A DNA stretch of 45,645 bases, from assembly GCA_964346085.1 (NCBI GenBank), contig CAYFSZ010000003.1, positions 1 through 45,645 of the forward strand, written 5' to 3'. Source of the DNA: an uncultured Mageeibacillus sp. Its GTDB lineage: Bacteria; Bacillota; Clostridia; Saccharofermentanales; DTU023. Both the position numbers and the translations under genes were made by a program. Below the pieces are notes generated by a model. That model saw nothing but the letters and a program-made list of their open reading frames with translations. It had not been told where the DNA came from and searched no databases. Below, one piece after another: positions 20,043 to 28,574 of the stretch (position 1 is its first letter; every line of letters starts with the position of its first letter).

Positions 20043-22061
20043 TTACTTTTCATGTAATATACTTCGTAAAAGTAAAATATAATCACGTAAATCAGCAGCT
20101 TCTTCGAACGCAAGTTTTCTTGCGGCTTCTTTCATTTTCTTCTCTTCTTGTTCAATCATTTTTTGTAACTGTGCTGACGACAATTCCCGAAGTTCTTTTT
20201 CATCAATATACTCATTTTCAATCTCAGCAACTTTTATTGCTTCTTGTTCATCAATGGTATATGCCGTATCCACGATATCGTGAACTGCTTTCTGAACAGT
20301 TTTAGGGATAATTCCATGTTCTTCATTAAACTGTTCTTGAATTTCTCTGCGTCGATTTGTTTCTGTAATCGCTTGATACATTGAATTTGTCACTTCATTG
20401 GCATAAAGAATAACGCGTCCTCGTTCATTACGAGCTGCACGACCTATAATCTGAATCAGCGAAGTGGTTGAACGAAGGAATCCTTCTTTATCTGCATCTA
20501 AAATTGCAATTAATGAAACTTCTGGCAAATCCAATCCTTCTCGTAATAAATTGATTCCGATTAGAACATCAAATTTCCCTTCACGTAATTGTTTAAGAAT
20601 TTGTAGTCTTTCAACTGTTTTAATATCAGAATGCAAATATTTAACCCTTAAACCTTCTCCTGCTAAATAGTCGGTCAATTCTTCAGACATACGTTTTGTC
20701 AAAGTCAAAACTAATGTGCGTTCATTTCGTTCAAGATTCTGTTTGATTTCAAACATTAAATCCGCTATCTGGTCTTCGACAGGTCTAACTGCTATGATTG
20801 GATCTAGCAAGCCGGTCGGGCGATTAATTTGTTCAATGAATTGTGTTGAATGAGCAGATTCATATTTCGAAGGTGTCGCACTGACAAATAAAGTTTGCCC
20901 CATTCTTTGCTCAAATTCTTCAAAATTTAACGGTCGATTATCCAAAGCTGAAGGCAATCTAAACCCAAAATCAACAAGAGATTGTTTTCTCGCTCTGTCT
21001 CCGTTGTACATCGCACCAATTTGCGGAACAGTGACATGCGATTCATCAATCATTAATAAATAATCATCCGGGAAAAAATCTAGTAAAGTAAAAGGAGGCA
21101 TCCCTTCTTGTCTGCCATCAAAGTGTCTGGAATAGTTTTCGATTCCCTTACAAACGCCTGTTTCCATGAGCAATTCCATGTCATATCTAGTTCTCTGTTC
21201 CAAACGATAGGCTTCAACAATTTTGCCCTGGCTATTCAACTCTTCAAGTCTTTGCTCTAGCTCCGTCTGAATATCAATCACTGCGCGTTTTGTATTTTCT
21301 TGATTTGTAGTGTAATGGCTCGCAGGATAAATCTGTGTATAATTTCTTCCTTGAATTGTCCTTGCAGTTATCGCATCTATTTCGGTAATTCGATCAATTT
21401 CATCACCAAAAAATTCAATTCTTGTGATAATATTTTCCGAAGATGCAGGGAAAACATCAATAATATCTCCACGAACTCTAAAGCATCCTCGCTTTAATTC
21501 AAAATCGTTGCGCATATACTGAATCCCAATCAGTTCTTCAATCACATCTTCTCGATTTTTTTGCATACCTTGGCGTAAATTTACCATCATGCTTTTGTAC
21601 ATTTCAGGTGAACCCAATCCATATATACAAGAAACTGAAGCAATCACGATAACATCTCTTCTTTCTAATAAAGATGAGGTTGCTGAATGACGCAAACGAT
21701 CAATTTCTTCATTAATAGAAGAATCTTTTTCTATGTAAGTATCACTCGCTGCAATGTATGCTTCTGGCTGATAATAATCATAATAGGAAACAAAATACTC
21801 CACAGCATTATCTGGAAAAAAAGCCTGAAATTCAGCAGCTAATTGACCTGCTAATGTTTTATTGTGGGCAATAATTAATGTCGGTTTTTGTGTTTGCTCA
21901 ATAATATTGGCCATTGTAAAGGTCTTCCCTGAACCTGTTACACCGACCAGTGTTTGTGCTTTATCGCCACGATTGATTCCGTCCACAATTTTTTTGATTG
22001 CGGCTGGCTGATCGCCTTGTGGTTTAAATGGTGATTTAATTTTGAACGGAATTGTACTCAT
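20043..22061 (-). CDS. uvrB: excinuclease ABC subunit B
   Basis: It has the Walker A motif GVTGSGKT, the block IDESH, helicase C motifs and a C-terminal UVR domain. The track ORF starts at GTG 22070. I prefer the ATG at 22061 (MSTIPFK), which forms an ATGA overlap with the upstream stop. Confidence 0.95.
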   Translation of the reverse strand: MSTIPFKIKSPFKPQGDQPAAIKKIVDGINRGDKAQTLVGVTGSGKTFTMANIIEQTQKPTLIIAHNKTLAGQLAAEFQAFFPDNAVEYFVSYYDYYQPEAYIAASDTYIEKDSSINEEIDRLRHSATSSLLERRDVIVIASVSCIYGLGSPEMYKSMMVNLRQGMQKNREDVIEELIGIQYMRNDFELKRGCFRVRGDIIDVFPASSENIITRIEFFGDEIDRITEIDAITARTIQGRNYTQIYPASHYTTNQENTKRAVIDIQTELEQRLEELNSQGKIVEAYRLEQRTRYDMELLMETGVCKGIENYSRHFDGRQEGMPPFTLLDFFPDDYLLMIDESHVTVPQIGAMYNGDRARKQSLVDFGFRLPSALDNRPLNFEEFEQRMGQTLFVSATPSKYESAHSTQFIEQINRPTGLLDPIIAVRPVEDQIADLMFEIKQNLERNERTLVLTLTKRMSEELTDYLAGEGLRVKYLHSDIKTVERLQILKQLREGKFDVLIGINLLREGLDLPEVSLIAILDADKEGFLRSTTSLIQIIGRAARNERGRVILYANEVTNSMYQAITETNRRREIQEQFNEEHGIIPKTVQKAVHDIVDTAYTIDEQEAIKVAEIENEYIDEKELRELSSAQLQKMIEQEEKKMKEAARKLAFEEAADLRDYILLLRSILHEK

Positions 22062-22693
22062 CGTTTCCACTCTTCAAAAGTCAATGGTTTTTGCATTGGT
22101 TCAATCAAATTTAATTCTTCCATTTTTTCCCGAACTTTTGCTAAATCTTCCCACATTTCCAGACGTTTATTCGGATTTCTCAACAAGTAAGCAGGATGAA
22201 ATGTTGGCATAATATAGTAGTCACCTTTTTGAATCCACTGTCCTCTAACTTTTGAAATCGCATCATCTTGATTGGTGAAATATTTATAGGCAGTCGAGCC
22301 AATTAACACAATGACTTTTGGTTTAACCAAGCTAAATTGTGCACTCAAAAATTTGCGACATGCTTTGGCTTCTTCAGGTGTAGGCACACGATTTTCTGGA
22401 GGTCTGCATTTCACGATATTACAAATATGATAGTCCTTATCAGAGAACTCTTGTGCTTGTAAAAGACTATCTAATAGTTTCCCAGAACGTCCAACAAAGG
22501 GTTTTCCTAAACGATCTTCTTCTGCTCCAGGACCTTCCCCTATAAGCATCAACGAAGCATCTAAACTGCCTCGATAGACAACAACATTCTCTCTTGTTTT
22601 GTGCAAATCACATTCTTGGCAGGCCTGACAGGCTTGCAAAAAACCTTGCCATTCTTTTGGCAATTGATAAAAATCTTCAAATTGATTCGACAT
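22058..22693 (-). CDS. family-4 uracil-DNA glycosylase (Fe-S type)
   Basis: 211 aa. An N-terminal Cys cluster (CQACQECDL) is present, along with motif [10 protein letters not shown], a later Cys (NIVKCRPP) and motif B HPAYLLR. Confidence 0.85.
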   Translation of the reverse strand: MSNQFEDFYQLPKEWQGFLQACQACQECDLHKTRENVVVYRGSLDASLMLIGEGPGAEEDRLGKPFVGRSGKLLDSLLQAQEFSDKDYHICNIVKCRPPENRVPTPEEAKACRKFLSAQFSLVKPKVIVLIGSTAYKYFTNQDDAISKVRGQWIQKGDYYIMPTFHPAYLLRNPNKRLEMWEDLAKVREKMEELNLIEPMQKPLTFEEWKR

Positions 22694-22701
22694 ATTTCCC
22701 T

Positions 22702-23457
22702 CTATGATCTATTTTTCAAAATATCAATTCTGATTGCTTCAACGGCTGTGCGAATCGCTAAATCTGTATCATGTTGATGCGGATCATCTAGACCGCGTTT
22801 TGCACGCTCTTGATTCCAAATTACATTCAAGATACAAGCAGCTCTCGCGCCAAGCACTTGACTGACAATAAACAGCGTTGAACTTTCCATTTCTGAACCT
22901 AAAGTATTGGCTTTGAACCATGCATCCCATTTATTTTGCAGTTCATAGCCAATCGGCATACGTTCAGGGCTATGTTGCCCATAAAAAGAATCCTTGCATT
23001 GCACGATACCAGTATGATATTTGGATTTATTTTGTTTTGCTGCTTCCACCAAAGATCCGGTCAACTCAAAATTCGCTACCGCTGGAAATTCTTTTGGCAC
23101 ATATTCATCAGGCGTTCCATCCATTCTAATGGAGCCAGTTGCGATGACTAAATCGCCACCTTTCACATCTAACTTGATTCCTCCGCATGTTCCAACACGA
23201 ATAAAATTCGTTACTCCTGTTTGAAATAATTCCTCAACACCAATTGCTGTTGAGGGACCACCCATACCTGTTGACATAACGAGCACATTTTCACCCTCAA
23301 GCTTTCCTAACCAAGTCGTATACTCTCTATTTTGCCCAATAAATTTTGCATCATCTAAATAAGCAGCTATTTTTTCTACTCTTCCTGGATCGCCAGGTAA
23401 AATCGCATATTTCGCTTGATGTGAATCGTCTAATTGAATGTGATACATTTTTTCCAT
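22702..23457 (-). CDS. udp: uridine phosphorylase (PNP/UDP-1 family)
   Basis: 251 aa. Blocks STGMGGPS, RVGTCGG and SEMES are present, and it resembles Udp overall. The neighbouring cdd supports a pyrimidine specificity. Confidence 0.75.
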   Translation of the reverse strand: MEKMYHIQLDDSHQAKYAILPGDPGRVEKIAAYLDDAKFIGQNREYTTWLGKLEGENVLVMSTGMGGPSTAIGVEELFQTGVTNFIRVGTCGGIKLDVKGGDLVIATGSIRMDGTPDEYVPKEFPAVANFELTGSLVEAAKQNKSKYHTGIVQCKDSFYGQHSPERMPIGYELQNKWDAWFKANTLGSEMESSTLFIVSQVLGARAACILNVIWNQERAKRGLDDPHQHDTDLAIRTAVEAIRIDILKNRS

Positions 23458-23468
23458 AATTTTCCTCG

Positions 23469-23885
23469 TTACCTAAGACTTTCTGTATTAAAACTATCCG
23501 GTAATAATTCTCCAAGAGTTCGCTCAATATATTCCTCTTGGCTTTTAGCTATAATAACGGTTAAATCTGAATTACAAAATTCAGCTAAAACCTGTCGGCA
23601 CATACCGCAAGGAAAAGCAAATTCTGATTTTCCCTCTTTATTTTCAGCATAAATTGCAATTGCTTTAAACTGATTATCCGCATTTGAAATTGCTTTAACA
23701 ATTGCTGTTCTTTCCGCACAAATGGTTGCTCCATAAGATAAATTTTCAATATTGCAACCAGTGTAAATTTGATTATCAACAGTTATAACAGCTGCTCCTA
23801 CTTTAAACTTCGAATAGGGTGAATAACTATTCTGACTTGCTTCAATTGCTGCCGAGATAATTTTGTTATTAAAGTCTTTAGTCAT
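23469..23885 (-). CDS. cdd: cytidine deaminase
   Basis: 138 aa (the tetrameric-type size). The zinc motifs CAERTA and PCGMCRQ are present. Confidence 0.9.
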   Translation of the reverse strand: MTKDFNNKIISAAIEASQNSYSPYSKFKVGAAVITVDNQIYTGCNIENLSYGATICAERTAIVKAISNADNQFKAIAIYAENKEGKSEFAFPCGMCRQVLAEFCNSDLTVIIAKSQEEYIERTLGELLPDSFNTESLR

Positions 23886-23946
23886 AATTTATCCTTATCT
23901 TCAACTTTAAGTACTATTTTACATGACATTTGATTTTTCTTCATCT

Positions 23947-23976
23947 AAAAAAGCTCAACCGTATCGATTGAGCTTT
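23947..23976 (-). terminator. intrinsic terminator after the ilvE remnant
   Basis: The minus strand reads AAGCTCAA-TCGATACGG-TTGAGCTT followed by TTTT, about 27 nt after the stop at 24003. Confidence 0.7.
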
Positions 23977-24002
23977 ATTAGGAGGAAAATATTTAAATAA
24001 GA

Positions 24003-24442
24003 TTAAATTTTAATTGACCAATTCGAAGGACCTTCTATTCTGCCCCATTGAATATCTGTTATCGTTTGATATAAATCTTGAGCAACTGGTCCAATTTCAT
24101 TCTGATTAATGATCATATGATGTTCTTGATAAAGAAGTTCACCAACCGGACTAATGACAGCAGCTGTACCTGTTCCGAAAACCTCTTGCAAAAGCCCTTT
24201 TCGATGTGCTTCAGTCACTTCATCAATGGATATTTTTCTTTCTTCCACACTAAAACCTTTTGATTTGAGCAAATATATTGCTGATTTTCTCGTAATACCA
24301 TCTAATATAGAGCCATCAAGTATTGGTGTTATCACTTTTCCATCAATAACATATGATCTGTAAAATATTTCCCAAAGCCTAATTGATTCTCGTCTTGAGG
24401 CTTTTGTTTTGGATTCTTGGTTTTTTCGACTCGAATATTCAT
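24003..24442 (-). pseudogene. ilvE: branched-chain amino acid aminotransferase inactivated by an internal deletion and frameshift
   Basis: From ATG 24442 the minus strand reads MNIRVEKTKNPKQKPQDENQLGFGKYFTDHMLLMEK-stop, ending at TGA 24332..24334. This is the conserved BCAT N-terminus. In another frame the sequence reads YVIDGKVITPILDGSILDGITRKS...FGTGTAAVISPVGEL...WSIKI, which is the BCAT C-terminal ~115 aa. About 200 central codons are missing. Confidence 0.8.
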
Positions 24443-24746
24443 CTTCACGATACCTATAAGTCTTTCTAATATTATTACTGTATAAATATACGCTTTCATG
24501 AATATTAAGTAAATTCGTATTTTTTATAATGAATTATGATGTGTTTTTATGTTTTCTATGCAATCTATCTATTTTTATAAAATCCCAGTCAAAAAATTTT
24601 GAATCTTTTCGTTTATTTTTATTAAACAGATTAATATTCGAAACATAAGTTACGATGTTAATTATTTGCATCTGATATATTACCTACATAAGGGAGCGAT
24701 GCTCTTAATTGTATTATTACAATCCTTAAAATACTTACCTCTATAG

Positions 24747-24784
24747 AAAAAAGCCTTGATCTCCCCTAAGAATAAGGTTTTTTT
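24747..24784 (+). terminator. plus-strand hairpin with a U-tail (candidate terminator), convergent with the fba terminator
   Basis: The plus strand reads AAAAAAGCCTT-(16-nt loop GATCTCCCCTAAGAAT)-AAGGTTTTTTT and then CTTTTTT. On the plus strand the stem is continuous with one G-U pair. On the minus strand the same position is an A-C mismatch. Confidence 0.4.
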
Positions 24785-24803
24785 CTTTTTTATATGTTTT
24801 CAT

Positions 24804-24839
24804 CAAAAAAAGAGTCCGTTACAAGTAACGAACTCTTTT
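24804..24839 (-). terminator. intrinsic terminator after fba
   Basis: The minus strand reads AAAGAGTTCGTTAC-TTGT-GTAACGGACTCTTT followed by a TTTT run, about 25 nt after the fba stop. Confidence 0.8.
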
Positions 24840-24863
24840 ACAATTTGTTCTCGAGTATATCGA

Positions 24864-25799
24864 TTACGCTTTATGATCACTACCTAAAACATCAGTAATT
24901 TTGTGAGCAACTAAACCTCTAATTGCATCACGACCAGGTCCTAAGTATTTACGTGGATCAAATTCAGCTGGTTTTTCATCAAATACTTTTCTGATAGAAG
25001 CTGTTAAAGCTAAACGTAAATCGGAGTCAATGTTGATTTTGCAAACAGCGCTTCTTGCTGCTTCTCTTAACATTGGTTCTGGACAACCTAAAGCATCGTC
25101 CAAAGCACCACCATGAGCGTTGATCATTTCAACGAATTCAGGGATAACTGAGCTAGCACCGTGTAAAACGATTGGGAATCCAGGTAAACGTTTTGTGATT
25201 TCTTCTAAGATATCAAAACGTAATTGAATATCTGTTCCTGGTTTGAATTTGTATGCACCATGGCTTGTTCCGATAGCAATTGCTAAAGAATCGCAACCAG
25301 TACGTGTTACGAAATCTTCAACTTGTGCAGGATCTGTATAACTTGAATCTTCAGCTGAAACATTAATTTCATCTTCGATACCAGCTAAACGACCTAATTC
25401 AGCTTCTACTACAACGCCTTTAGAATGAGCATATTCAACAACTTGTTTTGTTAAAGCAATATTTTCTTCATAATCTAAGTGAGAACCGTCAATCATAACT
25501 GATGTAAAACCATCATCGATACATGATTTACATAATTCAAAACTATCACCATGATCTAAGTGTAAAGCGATTGGGATATCTGTCTCTTCAACTGCTGCTT
25601 CAACTAATTTTTTCAAGTATGTACGATTTGCATACTCTCTTGCACCTTTTGATACTTGTAAAATCAAAGGTGATTTTAATTCGTTAGCTGCTTCAACAAT
25701 ACCTTGAATGATTTCCATGTTATTAACATTGAAAGCACCAATAGCATATCCGCCGTCATAAGCATCTTTAAACATTTTTTCTGTTGTTACTAATGGCAT
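24864..25799 (-). CDS. fba: class II fructose-1,6-bisphosphate aldolase
   Basis: 311 aa. Blocks LHLDHG, GTSHGAYK and VLHGASS are present. A strong AAGGAG SD precedes the start. Confidence 0.95.
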   Translation of the reverse strand: MPLVTTEKMFKDAYDGGYAIGAFNVNNMEIIQGIVEAANELKSPLILQVSKGAREYANRTYLKKLVEAAVEETDIPIALHLDHGDSFELCKSCIDDGFTSVMIDGSHLDYEENIALTKQVVEYAHSKGVVVEAELGRLAGIEDEINVSAEDSSYTDPAQVEDFVTRTGCDSLAIAIGTSHGAYKFKPGTDIQLRFDILEEITKRLPGFPIVLHGASSVIPEFVEMINAHGGALDDALGCPEPMLREAARSAVCKINIDSDLRLALTASIRKVFDEKPAEFDPRKYLGPGRDAIRGLVAHKITDVLGSDHKA

Positions 25800-25850
25800 A
25801 AAAATTTCTCCTTTTTATCTAAACTAAAATATTAGTTTGTTTACCCTTCT

Positions 25851-25879
25851 ACTTTATTGCTAATCGCTCGGTTAGTCAA
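25851..25879 (-). promoter_or_regulatory. candidate fba promoter
   Basis: The minus strand reads TTGACT, then 17 nt, then TAAAGT. It lies in the 96-nt valS-fba gap. Confidence 0.45.
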
Positions 25880-25895
25880 TAATTTAAGATTTTTC

Positions 25896-28562
25896 TTATA
25901 GTTCTTTATAACGAATTTCTGTTTGCTCCAGAATTTTCTTATATTCTTCTAACTTCTCTTTTTCTTTATCGACAACAGCTTTTGGAGCTTTTGCGACAAA
26001 ACCTTCATTCGATAATTTTTGTTCACATCGATTAATCTCTGCTTGATAATGCTTGATTTCATCCGCTAAACGTTTCTTTTCTTCTTCTAAATCAATCAAA
26101 TCTTCCAATGGTAAATACGCTGTTCCGTATTTAAAAGGAACCGCAATCGCTGTTTCAGGAACTCCATTACTGTTTTCTTTTGTTTCGACTTCAGAAATTT
26201 TCGCTAAGTTTTCTAAGCTACTTGCGGAATTAACAAAGATGTCTCGAATATCTGCTCGTTCAGAAACAACGATCAAACTAGATTTTTTATTATTAGGAAC
26301 ATTCATTTCGGAACGAATATTTCTGATTCCTCTAACAATATCAATTAACATATCCATTTGTGTTGTTTCAGTTTCAAATGATAATTCTGGTTTGTTAATA
26401 GGCCATGCTCTTTGCATCAATAAGCCTTCTTCGTGAACTAAGGATTGATAAATTTCTTCCGTAAAGAATGGCATAAATGGATGTAACAAGGTCACACATT
26501 CTGATAGAACATAATTCAGAATGGATTGCACAATTAATTTCGTACGACTTCCTTCTTGTCTTAAGCGCGGTTTAACCATTTCGATATACCAGTCACAGAA
26601 TAAATCCCAAAGGAAACTGTAAATTTTTGTCAAAGCAACCCCAAAATCATATTGTTCAGCATTATATGTCACTTCTTCAATCAATTTTTGTAAATTGGTT
26701 AAAATCCATTTATCTTCTATAGTTAATTCTTCGATCGCATAATCAATCGTTAAATCATCAACTGATAATTCATCATCAATATTCATCAAAGCGAAACGGA
26801 AAGCATTCCAAATTTTATTAATGAAATTTCTGCCATTTTCGATTTTGTCTTCTTTGTAGCGTAAATCATTCCCTGCTGATACACCGGCAACTAATGCAAA
26901 GCGTAAAGCATCCGCTCCATATTCGCCAACAACTTCTAGCGGATCAATTCCATTCCCTAAGGATTTGGACATTTTTCTGCCTAGTTCATCACGCACAATT
27001 CCGTGAATCAACACATCTTTGAACGGTCTTTGATTAGTATAGTTCAGGCCAGAGAAAATCATTCTTGATACCCAGAAAGTGATAATGTCATAGCCTGTCA
27101 CGAGAACATCTGTCGGATAGAACTTATCCATATCCGCCGTTTGTTCTGGCCAACCAAGAGTTGAGAAAGGCCATAAAGCGGAAGAGAACCATGTATCGAG
27201 AGTATCTTCATCTTGATGAATATGTGTTGAATGACAATGTTCACATTCAGTTGGAACCTGACCAACAGCTTTGGCGACAGTAATTTCTCCACATTCTTCG
27301 CAATGCCATGCTGGAATACGATGGCCCCACCATAATTGTCTTGAAATATTCCAATCGCGAATATTTTCCATCCAGTGTAAATAGGATTTTTCAAAACGTT
27401 CTGGAACAAAACGAATATCGCCTTCTTTCACAGCATTAATAGCTGGTTTTGCTAATTCTTTCATTGCCACAAACCATTGTTTTGAAATTCTTGGTTCAAT
27501 ACTGGTATGGCAGCGATAACAGGTACCAACGTTATGGGTAATATCTTCTGTTTTGACAAGGAAACCTTGTTCTTCTAAATCTTTAACAATTGCTTTTCTG
27601 GCCTCTTTTGAAGATAACCCTTCATATTTTCCGCCATTTTCATTAATATAAGCATCATCTGTAAATACATTAATTCTTTCCAAGCCATGACGTTCACCTA
27701 CTTCAAAGTCATTCGGGTCATGTGCTGGTGTAATTTTAACAACCCCTGTTCCAAATTCAGGATCAACATAATGATCAGCAATAACTGGGATTTCACGATT
27801 GACTAAAGGTAAAATTACATTCTTGCCAATAAAAGACTTATATCTTTCATCATCTGGATGAACAGCAACAGCCGTATCTCCAAGCAATGTTTCTGGTCTT
27901 GTCGTTGCAAGTTCCACATATCCTGAACCGTCAGCTAATGGATAGCGCAAATGCCAGAAATGACCTGGTGTATCTTCATATTCCACTTCTGCATCTGAGA
28001 TAGAGGTTAAACATTCCGGACACCAGTTAATAATTCTTTCCCCACGATAAATTAATTTTTTCTCATATAAATCGATAAAGATTTTTTCAACGGCTTTTGA
28101 CAAACCTTCGTCCATCGTGAATCGCAAGCGGCTCCAATCACAAGAAGAACCCATAACTTTGATTTGTTCTACGATACGATTCCCGTAATTTTCTTTCCAT
28201 GCCCAAGCACGTTCCAAGAATTTCTCACGTCCTAAATCATCTTTCGTGACACCCTCGCTACGCATCTCTGCAACGATTTTTGCCTCAGTAGCAATGGATG
28301 CATGATCTGTACCAGGTAACCATAAAACTTCATAATTTTGCATTCTTTTAAAACGAATTAAAACATCTTGTAAAGTTAAATCCAATGCATGCCCCATATG
28401 TAAAACACCGGTGATATTTGGAGGCGGCATTACAATTGTAAATGGCTTTTTTTCTGATTCATTATTTGCCTTGAAACAATCATGTTCCAACCATGTGTTA
28501 TAAATCCGACTTTCATTCTCATTCGGAACAAAGTTTTTTGCTACTGCATCGATCCTTTTCAT
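25896..28562 (-). CDS. valS: valine--tRNA ligase
   Basis: 888 aa. The HIGH-region motif is PPNITGVLHMGHAL and the KMSKS motif is KMSKSLGN. An editing-domain insertion and a C-terminal coiled coil are present. Confidence 0.95.
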   Translation of the reverse strand: MKRIDAVAKNFVPNENESRIYNTWLEHDCFKANNESEKKPFTIVMPPPNITGVLHMGHALDLTLQDVLIRFKRMQNYEVLWLPGTDHASIATEAKIVAEMRSEGVTKDDLGREKFLERAWAWKENYGNRIVEQIKVMGSSCDWSRLRFTMDEGLSKAVEKIFIDLYEKKLIYRGERIINWCPECLTSISDAEVEYEDTPGHFWHLRYPLADGSGYVELATTRPETLLGDTAVAVHPDDERYKSFIGKNVILPLVNREIPVIADHYVDPEFGTGVVKITPAHDPNDFEVGERHGLERINVFTDDAYINENGGKYEGLSSKEARKAIVKDLEEQGFLVKTEDITHNVGTCYRCHTSIEPRISKQWFVAMKELAKPAINAVKEGDIRFVPERFEKSYLHWMENIRDWNISRQLWWGHRIPAWHCEECGEITVAKAVGQVPTECEHCHSTHIHQDEDTLDTWFSSALWPFSTLGWPEQTADMDKFYPTDVLVTGYDIITFWVSRMIFSGLNYTNQRPFKDVLIHGIVRDELGRKMSKSLGNGIDPLEVVGEYGADALRFALVAGVSAGNDLRYKEDKIENGRNFINKIWNAFRFALMNIDDELSVDDLTIDYAIEELTIEDKWILTNLQKLIEEVTYNAEQYDFGVALTKIYSFLWDLFCDWYIEMVKPRLRQEGSRTKLIVQSILNYVLSECVTLLHPFMPFFTEEIYQSLVHEEGLLMQRAWPINKPELSFETETTQMDMLIDIVRGIRNIRSEMNVPNNKKSSLIVVSERADIRDIFVNSASSLENLAKISEVETKENSNGVPETAIAVPFKYGTAYLPLEDLIDLEEEKKRLADEIKHYQAEINRCEQKLSNEGFVAKAPKAVVDKEKEKLEEYKKILEQTEIRYKEL

Positions 28563-28574
28563 ATAATCCCCATT

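Noticed and set aside
24587-24606. A possible CodY box and a -35 element (TTGACT) for the former ilvE promoter.
   Set aside because: The best match to AATTTTCWGAAAATT that I could find is about 10/15. No properly spaced -10 partners the TTGACT. That is too weak to call.
24530-24649. A 39-codon plus-strand ORF (MNYDVFLCFLCNLSIF...) in the ilvE upstream gap.
   Set aside because: It has no SD and a low-complexity hydrophobic/AT-driven composition. It falls below the track threshold and has no supporting signal.
24699-24746. A 15-codon plus-strand ORF (MLLIVLLQSLKYLPL) preceded by AAGGGAG, considered as a type I toxin-like or leader peptide.
   Set aside because: The SD-to-ATG spacing is only about 2 nt. 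The peptide is shorter than known type I toxins. The region is so AT-rich that such an ORF is expected by chance. I kept it only as part of the small-RNA candidate.
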